Below, piece by piece: positions 37,202 to 46,845 of a stretch of DNA of 64,000 nt (position 1 is the stretch's first letter; every line of letters starts with the position of its first letter). A program made the position numbers and the translations under genes. The DNA comes from Lachnospiraceae bacterium (lineage in GTDB: Bacteria; Bacillota; Clostridia; Lachnospirales; Lachnospiraceae): assembly GCA_051877515.1 (NCBI GenBank), contig JBJEIY010000010.1, forward strand, positions 27,000 through 90,999. The letters run 5' to 3'. The notes beneath the pieces are model-generated. The model did not search any database. It had not been told where the DNA came from and saw only the letters and a program-made list of their open reading frames with translations.

Positions 37202-38413
37202 ATGAAGAAAGAAGCAGAAATTTACATCCATATTCCCTTCTGCGTCCGTAAATGTGATTACTGCGATTTTTTATCTGCACCGGCAGGAGAAGAAGTCCGG
37301 GAGCAGTATGTACAATATCTTATTTCAGAGATTAAGAAAAGTCCGTGGGTAGCTGACCATGTCAGTGTACCCACGGTTTTTATCGGTGGAGGAACTCCTT
37401 CTATCTTAATGTCGCATCAGATTTCGCAGATCATGGAAGCAGTGGGAGAAACCTTCTATCTGCAGAAAGATGCTGAAATCACCATAGAAGCCAATCCGGG
37501 TACGCTTACAGAGGAGAAACTAAAGGCATATCGCAGTGCTGGTATCAACAGGATCAGCATGGGACTGCAATCCGCGCAGAACGAAGAATTGCAAAAATTA
37601 GGCAGGATACATACCTATGAGGAATTCCTGCGAAGCTTTGACCTTGCCAGAAAAGCTGGTTTTGATAACCTGAACGTAGATCTGATGAGTGCCCTGCCGG
37701 GGCAGAGATTTTCCACCTGGCAGGATACTCTTGAGAAGGTGTGTGCACTGGGACCGGAGCATGTTTCGGCATATAGTCTGATCATTGAAGAAGGTACCCC
37801 CTTTGCACAGCGATATATGAAAGATGAGATACTTCGTGAGAAAGGGGAAGAACCACAGGAACTCCCTTCGGAAGAAGAGGAGCGACGGATGTATGAGTAT
37901 ACAGGAGAATATCTGGCAGCCAAAGGTTATCACCGATATGAAATCTCCAACTATGCCAAAGAGGGCAGGGAGTGTAAGCACAACATCGGATATTGGACCA
38001 GATGCAATTATATGGGTTTTGGTCTGGGGGCAGCCAGTTTATATGACAACATCCGATATCGCAACGGGCCGGATCTTGTAAGTTACATGACGGGATGGGA
38101 GGAACAGGAGGCTGAGTGTCTTAGCACCAGGGCACAGGAGACTGAGAGTCTTAGCGTTAGGGCGCAGGAGACTGAGTGTCTCAGTGTCAGGGCACAGATG
38201 GAAGAATATATGTTTCTGGGATTGCGCCTGATTAAAGGGGTAAGTAAGCGGAAATTTAAAGAAAATTTTCGTAAATCTATGGATGAAATATATGGTGAAG
38301 TGATTGCAAAACTAAAGGCGGAGAAACTTCTTCAGGAAGAGGGCGACCGGATACGGCTCACCGACCGTGGCATTGATGTCAGCAATTATGTGCTGGCACA
38401 GTTTCTTTTCTAG
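37202..38413 (+). CDS. hemW: radical SAM heme chaperone HemW (HemN-like, oxygen-independent coproporphyrinogen oxidase family)
   Basis: IYIHIPFCVRKCDYCDF radical SAM motif; GGGTPS; HemN_C-like end. ATG at 37202 preferred over the listed 37139. Confidence 0.88.
   Translation: MKKEAEIYIHIPFCVRKCDYCDFLSAPAGEEVREQYVQYLISEIKKSPWVADHVSVPTVFIGGGTPSILMSHQISQIMEAVGETFYLQKDAEITIEANPGTLTEEKLKAYRSAGINRISMGLQSAQNEELQKLGRIHTYEEFLRSFDLARKAGFDNLNVDLMSALPGQRFSTWQDTLEKVCALGPEHVSAYSLIIEEGTPFAQRYMKDEILREKGEEPQELPSEEEERRMYEYTGEYLAAKGYHRYEISNYAKEGRECKHNIGYWTRCNYMGFGLGAASLYDNIRYRNGPDLVSYMTGWEEQEAECLSTRAQETESLSVRAQETECLSVRAQMEEYMFLGLRLIKGVSKRKFKENFRKSMDEIYGEVIAKLKAEKLLQEEGDRIRLTDRGIDVSNYVLAQFLF
38105..38194 (+). 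repeat. in-frame 3 x 30-bp tandem repeat inside hemW
   Basis: CAGGAG(G/A)CTGAG(T/A)GTCT(T/C)AG...AGGGC(A/G) three times. Encodes QEAECLSTRA QETESLSVRA QETECLSVRA. Confidence 0.9.
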
Positions 38414-38441
38414 CAGGATTTCTTTCTTAATATATATGTCG

Positions 38442-38789
38442 GCGCGAGAAAACCGGTCGGAAGGGCAAAAATTCGCTCCACGCCAACTGTCCTGCGCGAG
38501 AAAATCGATAGAAGGGACAATTTTTCGCGCAATCCCGCTTCGTCTGCGCGAGAAAACCGGTCGGAAGAGCAATAATTCGCTCCACGCCAACCATCCTGCG
38601 CGAAAAAATCGGTCGGAAGAGCAAAAATTCGCTCCACGCCAACCGTCTTGCGCGAGAAAATCGATAGAAGGGACAATTTTTCGCGCAACCCCGCTTCGTC
38701 GGCGCGAAAAAATCGGTTGGAAGGGCAAAAATTCGCGCCGCGCCAACCGTCTTGCGCGAGAAAATCGATAGAAGGGACAATTTTCGCGC
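38442..38789. repeat. array of seven head-to-tail 52-bp units (two flavours, order A B A A B A B; last unit truncated)
   Basis: Unit boundaries at 38442, 38494, 38546, 38598, 38650, 38702 and 38754. Every unit starts GCGCGA(G/A)AAAA. Confidence 0.92.
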
Positions 38790-38850
38790 ATGTGGCTCCG
38801 CCACCTGGTCGAGCGTGCAGGATCGCGGAGTATTCATTTGGAAATAGTTT

Positions 38851-38874
38851 GAGGCAGCGCCAATGCGCTGCCTC
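38851..38874. terminator. hairpin between convergent hemW and the DUF362 gene (possible bidirectional terminator)
   Basis: GAGGCAGCGC CAAT GCGCTGCCTC, a perfect 10-bp stem; T-rich tail on the + strand. Confidence 0.6.
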
Positions 38875-38928
38875 TTGTTATCCTTATATGAAATTAGAGC
38901 ATTCAGATCAGAACTGTCCAATCAGCCT

Positions 38929-40062
38929 TTAGAGATTGATCAACTCATATTGATCGGTTCCTAATCCAATCTTCACAGCATGAGAAATGCAGGCGCTCCA
39001 ATCCGTATCCGGATGAGTCATATGGAAGTGATCGTGGTTGCAGCAACCGTCATGCTGTGCATGGTCATGGGATTTTTCCATGTCACTCAGCACACTTCCA
39101 TCCAGCACCGGCATCTTATTGCACAGGTCTACACAGGCCTGGTCCAAAGCCACCGGATCAAAGGAAGCCAGCATTCCCACATTAGGAATGATAGGGATGT
39201 CGTTTTCGGCGTGACAGTCACAGTTAGGCGATACATCACAGATCAAAGAAATATGGAAAGTAGGGCGGTTCTGACAAACTGCCAATGCGTACTCTGCCAT
39301 TTTATAGTTTAAAACAGCTAAGGAATCGTTGAAGTCTGCTGCGATGGCATCCTTTGGACAAACCGCCAGACAACGTCCGCATCCTACACAGCGTTCATGA
39401 TCAATGGTAATCTTTCCGTTCTCCATGACCGGAGCACCGTGGGCACAGATCTTCTGGCAGGCTCCGCAGCCTACGCACAAAGAATGGTCTGCACTTGGTT
39501 TTCCGTCGCAGTGTTGCTCCATTTTACCGGATCTGGATCCGCAACCCATACCGATATTTTTTAATGCACCGCCAAAACCGGTCATTTCATGCCCCTTAAA
39601 ATGGGTCAGGGAAATAAAGATGTCGGCATCCATAATGGCCTGTCCGATCTTGGCTTCTTTCACATATTCTCCGCCTATCGGAACCAGAGCCTCATCCGTT
39701 CCTTTCAGACCATCGCCAATGATTACGTGACACCCGGTCTGCAACGGGGAGAATCCGTTAACATAGGCAGTATCCAAATGATCTAAGGCATTCTTTCTGC
39801 TTCCTACATACAGTGTATTACAGTCTGTTAAAAATGGCTTACCACCCAATTCTTTTACATAATCGGCTACAACCTTGGCATAGTTGGGGCGGAGAAAAGC
39901 CAGATTGCCATACTCTCCAAAGTGGATTTTTATGGCTGCATATTTTTCGTTAAAATCAATGGATTCAAAACCTGCAGTTTTCATGAGACGATGCAGTTTC
40001 TGAAGCAGGTTTTCCTGTCCGGTTGCCTTAAAAGTGGTAAAATAAACTTTTGATCTATCCAC
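38929..40062 (-). CDS. DUF362-domain iron-sulfur protein with 2x[4Fe-4S] ferredoxin insert
   Basis: GTG start 8 nt after GGAGGA; CVGCGACQKIC and CVGCGRCLAVCP motifs; His/Cys-rich C-terminal segment. Confidence 0.75.
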   Translation of the reverse strand: MDRSKVYFTTFKATGQENLLQKLHRLMKTAGFESIDFNEKYAAIKIHFGEYGNLAFLRPNYAKVVADYVKELGGKPFLTDCNTLYVGSRKNALDHLDTAYVNGFSPLQTGCHVIIGDGLKGTDEALVPIGGEYVKEAKIGQAIMDADIFISLTHFKGHEMTGFGGALKNIGMGCGSRSGKMEQHCDGKPSADHSLCVGCGACQKICAHGAPVMENGKITIDHERCVGCGRCLAVCPKDAIAADFNDSLAVLNYKMAEYALAVCQNRPTFHISLICDVSPNCDCHAENDIPIIPNVGMLASFDPVALDQACVDLCNKMPVLDGSVLSDMEKSHDHAQHDGCCNHDHFHMTHPDTDWSACISHAVKIGLGTDQYELINL

Positions 40063-40088
40063 AGCAGAGGTCCTCCTTATATAAGTAG

Positions 40089-40113
40089 CGGACAGGGGAC
40101 CGTCCCCTGTCCG
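40089..40113 (-). repeat. palindromic element copy 2 (perfect palindrome CGGACAGGGGAC C GTCCCCTGTCCG)
   Basis: Lies 5 nt downstream of the guaB stop on the - strand. Confidence 0.75.
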
Positions 40114-40118
40114 TATAA

Positions 40119-41600
<1,482 letters not shown>

Positions 41601-41690
41601 TTAATTATTTCATTTGTGTACAAAAAAGGCTCATATATACATGATTTTTTTATAAACTATACTAGCTTTTAATTCTAACAAACAAGCCTG

Positions 41691-41743
41691 GGAATGTCAA
41701 GGAAACCATAGGAAAATCAAGGGTTTTGCCTTCCCGACATTCC
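41691..41743 (-). terminator. hairpin downstream of typA
   Basis: GGAATGTC...GACATTCC inverted repeat with inner AAGG/CCTT pairs; T-rich tail on the - strand. Confidence 0.5.
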
Positions 41744-41761
41744 GTCTTGAGCAGAATGCGG

Positions 41762-43591
41762 TTATTTTTTCATATTCGCACGTTTTCTTAAGGTAGGATC
41801 CAGGATTTTCTTACGTATCCGTAAGGATTCCGGAGTGATCTCAAGCAGCTCATCGGTATCAATAAAGTCCAGTGCCTGTTCCAGGCTCATTTCACGCTTC
41901 GGTGTCAGAGTCAGTGCTTCGTCTGCGCTGGAAGAACGGGTATTGGTAAGGTGTTTTTTCTTACATACGTTTAATTCAATATCTTCCGTCTTGGCGCTTT
42001 GACCGATGACCATTCCGGCATACACTTTTTCACCGGGACCGATGAACAGAGAGCCTCTTTCCTGGGCGGAAAACAGACCATAGGTAACTGCTTCTCCGGA
42101 TTCAAAAGCAATGAGGGAACCCTGCTTACGATAGCTGATGTCTCCTTTGTAGGGAGCATAGCCATGGAAACTGGTATTAATGATACCGTTTCCCTTGGTG
42201 TCTGTTAAAAAATCACCCCGATAGCCAATGAGTCCACGGGAGGGAATGAGAAAATGCAGTCTGGTATATCCGCCGGCAATAGAACCCATATTCTGGAGTT
42301 CGCCTTTACGCTGGCCTAATTTTTCGATCACGGCACCGGTAAATTCGTCGGGCACATCCACATAGCAGTCCTCAATAGGTTCGGTAGTTTTTCCGTTTTC
42401 ATCCTTATGATACAGCACCTCTGCTTTGCTGACTGCGAATTCGTAGCCTTCCCGCCGCATGTTTTCAATGAGCACGGACAAGTGAAGTTCCCCGCGTCCT
42501 GATACTTTGAAGGTATCGGTATCTTCCGTATCTTCCACTCGGAGAGAAACATCGGTATTCAGCTCCCGCAAAAGGCGTTCCCGGATGTGGCGGGAAGTAA
42601 CGTATTTTCCTTCCATACCTGCCAGAGGACTGTCATTTACCATGAAGTTCATGGAAATCGTAGGCTCGGAGATTTTCTGGAAAGGAATTGCCTTAATCTC
42701 TTCAGGAGAGCAGATGGTATCACCGATATGAATATCAGCGATACCTGAAATGGCAACAATGGAACCTACAGAAGCTTCTGAAACTTCTACCTTCTGTAAA
42801 CCGTCAAATTCATAGAGCTTACTGATGCGGACCTTTTTAGCTTTGTCCGGCTCATGATGGTTTGCCAGAATGGCATCCTGATTGACGCGGATCACACCAT
42901 TATCCACTTTTCCCACACCGATACGGCCGACGTATTCGTTGTAATCAATGGTACTGATCAGAACCTGGGTGCCTGCATCCGGATCGCCTTCCGGTGCCGG
43001 AATGTAGTCTAAGATGGTTTCAAATAACGGAGTCATATCCTGATTGTTATCTTCTATATTATAGCGGGCATATCCGTCTCTGGCGGAAGCATAAAGAAAT
43101 GGGCAGTCAAGCTGCTCATCGGAAGCATCCAGATCCATGAGAAGTTCCAGGACTTCATCCACCACTTCGTCAGGTCTGGCCTCCGGACGGTCGATCTTAT
43201 TGATACAGACAATGACCGGCAGATCCAAAGCAAGTGCTTTCATGAGTACAAATTTTGTCTGGGGCATGGCTCCTTCGAAGGCATCCACCAGAAGGACCAC
43301 ACCGTTCACCATTTTCAGGACACGTTCCACCTCGCCGCCGAAATCCGCATGTCCCGGAGTGTCAATGATATTGATCTTGGTATCTTTATAATGAATGGCG
43401 GTATTTTTGGAAAGAATGGTAATTCCACGTTCACGCTCGATGGCATTAGAGTCCATAACACGCTCTGCAACTTCCTGGTTAGCCCGGAAGGTTCCGCTTT
43501 GCTTTAGCAGTTCGTCCACCAGGGTGGTTTTGCCGTGGTCAACGTGAGCGATAATGGCAATGTTGCGAATATCTTCTCTTTTTGTTATCAT
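41762..43591 (-). CDS. typA: translational GTPase TypA/BipA
   Basis: [31 protein letters not shown] at 43591 follows GAGGAAG; the listed start at 43636 is less likely. Confidence 0.95.
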   Translation of the reverse strand: MITKREDIRNIAIIAHVDHGKTTLVDELLKQSGTFRANQEVAERVMDSNAIERERGITILSKNTAIHYKDTKINIIDTPGHADFGGEVERVLKMVNGVVLLVDAFEGAMPQTKFVLMKALALDLPVIVCINKIDRPEARPDEVVDEVLELLMDLDASDEQLDCPFLYASARDGYARYNIEDNNQDMTPLFETILDYIPAPEGDPDAGTQVLISTIDYNEYVGRIGVGKVDNGVIRVNQDAILANHHEPDKAKKVRISKLYEFDGLQKVEVSEASVGSIVAISGIADIHIGDTICSPEEIKAIPFQKISEPTISMNFMVNDSPLAGMEGKYVTSRHIRERLLRELNTDVSLRVEDTEDTDTFKVSGRGELHLSVLIENMRREGYEFAVSKAEVLYHKDENGKTTEPIEDCYVDVPDEFTGAVIEKLGQRKGELQNMGSIAGGYTRLHFLIPSRGLIGYRGDFLTDTKGNGIINTSFHGYAPYKGDISYRKQGSLIAFESGEAVTYGLFSAQERGSLFIGPGEKVYAGMVIGQSAKTEDIELNVCKKKHLTNTRSSSADEALTLTPKREMSLEQALDFIDTDELLEITPESLRIRKKILDPTLRKRANMKK

Positions 43592-43852
43592 AACTTCCTC
43601 TTTTCTAATAAATATGGCATAATAGCCGTAAAACATAGCTTGGTAAAAATGCTTTATAAATATACAGCCAATATATTATACTACAAATAATGACAAGCGC
43701 AAGTGGAAAATGTGCCTTCGGGTCATAATTGCGGGATTTGGGTCACAAAATGCGATAATTTAATGTTCTAGGAGGGGATATAGATTCATATACATGTAAT
43801 ACACAATGAGAAAAGTGTGGAAAAATAGCCAGAGAAGAAGGGAGAAAAATTC

Positions 43853-44476
43853 ATGGCAGATAAAATGTTTGACAACAATCAGGTAACTATTATGGGTAAG
43901 ATCGTGTCCGAGTTCCGTTACAGCCACGAAGTCTTTGGGGAGGGCTTCTATCTTATGGATGTATCGGTAAACCGGCTGTCGGAAAGCTGCGATGTGATTC
44001 CGCTGATGATTTCGGAAAGACTCATTGACGTGACACAGGATTACCGGGGAAAATTGATTTATGCCACAGGGCAGTTCAGATCCTACAACCGGCATGAGGA
44101 AAAAAAGAACAGGCTGGTACTATCCATTTTTATTCGTGAGTACGAGTTTGTAGAGGAAGAGATCGGCGGGGCCAAAAGCAATCAGATCTTTTTAGACGGA
44201 TTTGTGTGCAAAGAGCCGGTATACCGGAAAACACCTCTCGGACGTGAAATTGCAGATTTGCTTATTGCCGTAAACCGTTCCTATGGAAAGTCAGATTACA
44301 TACCCTGTATCTGTTGGGGAAGAAATGCCCGTTATGCAGCCGGTTTTGAAGTGGGCAGCAGATTGCAGATCCATGGCAGGATACAAAGCCGGGAGTATGT
44401 AAAGAAAATCAGTGAAGATGAAATTGAAAAGCGAATTGCTTACGAAGTATCTGTATCAAAAGTTGACTATGTGTAA
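43853..44476 (+). CDS. tandem OB-fold, SSB-like protein
   Basis: Two internally similar halves (NQVTIMGKIVSEF...GQFRSYN and NQIFLDGFVCKEP...GRIQSREY). No acidic SSB C-terminal tail. Confidence 0.5.
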   Translation: MADKMFDNNQVTIMGKIVSEFRYSHEVFGEGFYLMDVSVNRLSESCDVIPLMISERLIDVTQDYRGKLIYATGQFRSYNRHEEKKNRLVLSIFIREYEFVEEEIGGAKSNQIFLDGFVCKEPVYRKTPLGREIADLLIAVNRSYGKSDYIPCICWGRNARYAAGFEVGSRLQIHGRIQSREYVKKISEDEIEKRIAYEVSVSKVDYV

Positions 44477-44535
44477 AGAATGTGCTATTTTAGTGTAAGG
44501 TTCTTGCGCGACTTGTCTATGGTGAGAGGTGTCTT

Positions 44536-45021
44536 ATGAACGAATCAGTACAGATTTATTATGGCGAGGGAAAAGGCAAAACGGCGGCAGCACTGGGATA
44601 TGCCCTGCGGGCTGCAAGCAGCGGAAAAAATGTGATCATCATCCAGTTTTTGAAGGGAAACAACGTGGATGATTATGCTATATTAGAAAGGCTGGAGCCG
44701 GAAATCAGACTGTTCTGTTTTGAAAAATCAAACTCTTATTTTGCGGACCTTTCCGAACAAGAGCAGGCAGAAGAGGCAGCGAATATCCGGAATGCATTGA
44801 ATTATGCCAAGAAAGTTCTTTCTACCGGAGAGTGTGAGCTTCTGGTGCTGGATGAGGTCTTGGGACTGATCGATGAGGGACTTGCCACCAGTGATGAGGT
44901 TCTGCAGGTTCTGGCAAGTAAGACCGATTCCACGGATATACTCATAACGGGACTGACATTGGATGACAAGCTACGGGAAGTAGCAGATGCAGTATATAAA
45001 ATTGAGGTAGAAAAGGCATAG
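44536..45021 (+). CDS. cob(I)yrinic acid a,c-diamide adenosyltransferase-like (CobA/CobO/BtuR family) protein
   Basis: YYGEGKGKTAAALG P-loop, IIQFLKG, VLDEV. Confidence 0.7.
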   Translation: MNESVQIYYGEGKGKTAAALGYALRAASSGKNVIIIQFLKGNNVDDYAILERLEPEIRLFCFEKSNSYFADLSEQEQAEEAANIRNALNYAKKVLSTGECELLVLDEVLGLIDEGLATSDEVLQVLASKTDSTDILITGLTLDDKLREVADAVYKIEVEKA

Positions 45022-45035
45022 AAGGAGGCAGCTAT

Positions 45036-45926
45036 ATGTCAATTTTCAAAGGAGCCGGAGTTGCCATTGTAACTCCGATGAGACAGGATGGCAGTATATA
45101 TTATGAAAAACTGGAAGAACTGGTAAGGGAGCAGATCAAGAATCAGATCGATGCCATTATCATCTGCGGAACCACAGGAGAGTCCGCCACACTTTCTGAA
45201 CAGGAACATCGGGAGTGTGTGCGTACGGCAGTTTTGGCAGCGGACAAAAAAGTTCCGGTCATTGCAGGATGTGGATGTAACAATACCGCCCATGCAGTAG
45301 AATTGGCAAAAAGCAGCAAGGAATGCGGAGCAGATGCATTGCTTGTGGTAACTCCATATTATAATAAGGCAACGCAGAAAGGTTTAAAAGGGTATTATAC
45401 TACCATTGCTGCAGCAACGGACTTACCTATGATCATGTACAATGTTCCCTCCAGAACAGGATGCAATCTTTTACCGGCAACAGCGGTAGAGCTTGCAAGA
45501 GAAGTGGATAACATTGTGGCACTGAAAGATGCGTCCGGCAGTCTTAGCCAGACCGTGAGAACAGCAAGCCTGGCACAGGGATGTCTGGATATCTATTCAG
45601 GAAACGATGATCAGAATATCCCCATTCTTTCAGTAGGAGGAATCGGAGCAATTTCCGTTCTGGCCAATGTGGCACCCAGACAGACCCATGATATGGTTAT
45701 GGAGTATCTGGAAGGAGATCGCAAGAAGGCACTACAACTTCAGTTGGAGGCGATTCCGCTTATTGAGGCATTGTTCTGTGAGGTGAATCCTATTCCGGTT
45801 AAAACCGCTTTAAATCTTCTGGGAAAAGAAGTAGGAATCTTAAGAAGTCCTATGTGCGAGATGGAGCCGGGAAACGTGGAACGATTAAGAACAGCACTGA
45901 TAAATTATGGTTTATTAACAAAATAG
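45036..45926 (+). CDS. dapA: 4-hydroxy-tetrahydrodipicolinate synthase
   Basis: GVAIVTPM, CGTTGES, YNVPSRTG, ALKDASG (Schiff-base Lys). Confidence 0.95.
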   Translation: MSIFKGAGVAIVTPMRQDGSIYYEKLEELVREQIKNQIDAIIICGTTGESATLSEQEHRECVRTAVLAADKKVPVIAGCGCNNTAHAVELAKSSKECGADALLVVTPYYNKATQKGLKGYYTTIAAATDLPMIMYNVPSRTGCNLLPATAVELAREVDNIVALKDASGSLSQTVRTASLAQGCLDIYSGNDDQNIPILSVGGIGAISVLANVAPRQTHDMVMEYLEGDRKKALQLQLEAIPLIEALFCEVNPIPVKTALNLLGKEVGILRSPMCEMEPGNVERLRTALINYGLLTK

Positions 45927-45938
45927 AGCATAGAATAC

Positions 45939-45969
45939 GACCTCTGACATCTTGTCGGAGGTCATTTTT
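45939..45969 (+). terminator. rho-independent terminator after dapA
   Basis: GACCTCTGACA TCT TGTCGGAGGTC (11 bp, one G-U pair) followed by ATTTTTA. Confidence 0.8.
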
Positions 45970-46038
45970 ATATGGTATACTAGTGTGAAAAGAGAATTTC
46001 CCTTTGGAAAGCAAAGAATATACTAAGGAGCTGAAACT

Positions 46039-46809
46039 ATGATCAGAGTAATTATGCATGGATGTAATGGCCGTATGGGAAAGGTTATTACCAGATTAAT
46101 GGAAGAAGATAAACAAACTACCGTGGTAGCGGGAATTGATCCCTTTGACAATGGACAAAATGCATTTCCGGTGTATGAGAGTATGGCGCAGTGCGATGTG
46201 GATGCAGACGTTGTGGTGGATTTTTCCAATGCAAAGGCAACGGATGGACTGCTTAGCCAGTGTGTAAAAAGACGCCTGCCCGTAGTATTATGTACCACAG
46301 GATTAAGTGAAGAGCAGCTGGAAAAGGTGAAAGAAGCATCGAATACCATTCCGGTGCTCCGGTCTGCCAATATGTCTCTGGGTATCAATCTGCTGATGGA
46401 ATTAATAAAGAGGGCTGCAATAGTGCTGGCTGATGAAGGATTTGATATTGAGATCCTGGAAAAACATCACAGACATAAGCTGGATGCGCCCAGCGGAACG
46501 GCGGTTGCATTGGCGGATGCAATCAATGAAGCGCTGCCGCAGCCGGATGACTATACCTTTGACCGCAGTGGACAGCGCAGGGAACGAAATGACCATGAAA
46601 TCGGTTTTGCTTCCATTCGAGGAGGCAGCATTGTGGGTGAGCATGATGTTATTTTTGCCGGTATGGATGAAGTGGTCACCATTTCCCACCAGGCCCAGTC
46701 CAGGGATATTTTTGGAAAAGGCGCTGTGTCTGCCGCGAAGTTTCTGGCAGGAAAAAAAGCCGGCATGTATACCATGTCGGATGTGATCGCCCAAAAGGAG
46801 AAGAATTAA
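46039..46809 (+). CDS. dapB: 4-hydroxy-tetrahydrodipicolinate reductase
   Basis: GCNGRMG, EKHHRHKLDAPSGTA. Confidence 0.95.
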   Translation: MIRVIMHGCNGRMGKVITRLMEEDKQTTVVAGIDPFDNGQNAFPVYESMAQCDVDADVVVDFSNAKATDGLLSQCVKRRLPVVLCTTGLSEEQLEKVKEASNTIPVLRSANMSLGINLLMELIKRAAIVLADEGFDIEILEKHHRHKLDAPSGTAVALADAINEALPQPDDYTFDRSGQRRERNDHEIGFASIRGGSIVGEHDVIFAGMDEVVTISHQAQSRDIFGKGAVSAAKFLAGKKAGMYTMSDVIAQKEKN

Positions 46810-46845
46810 AAAGCCGACGGGAAACTAGGAAAAGGGGAAGCAAAA

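Noticed and set aside
38442-38789. CRISPR array interpretation of the 52-bp repeats.
   Set aside because: There are no unique spacers. The whole 52-bp period is repeated in two flavours, and no cas genes or leader are nearby.
38312-38921. Four overlapping ORFs of 92-164 aa on both strands across the 52-bp repeat array (38312..38791 -, 38367..38771 +, 38410..38688 -, 38427..38921 -).
   Set aside because: They exist only because the repeat unit lacks stop codons. The 52-bp period is not a multiple of 3, the translations are Arg/Ser/Phe-rich low-complexity sequence that changes frame each unit, and none has an RBS.
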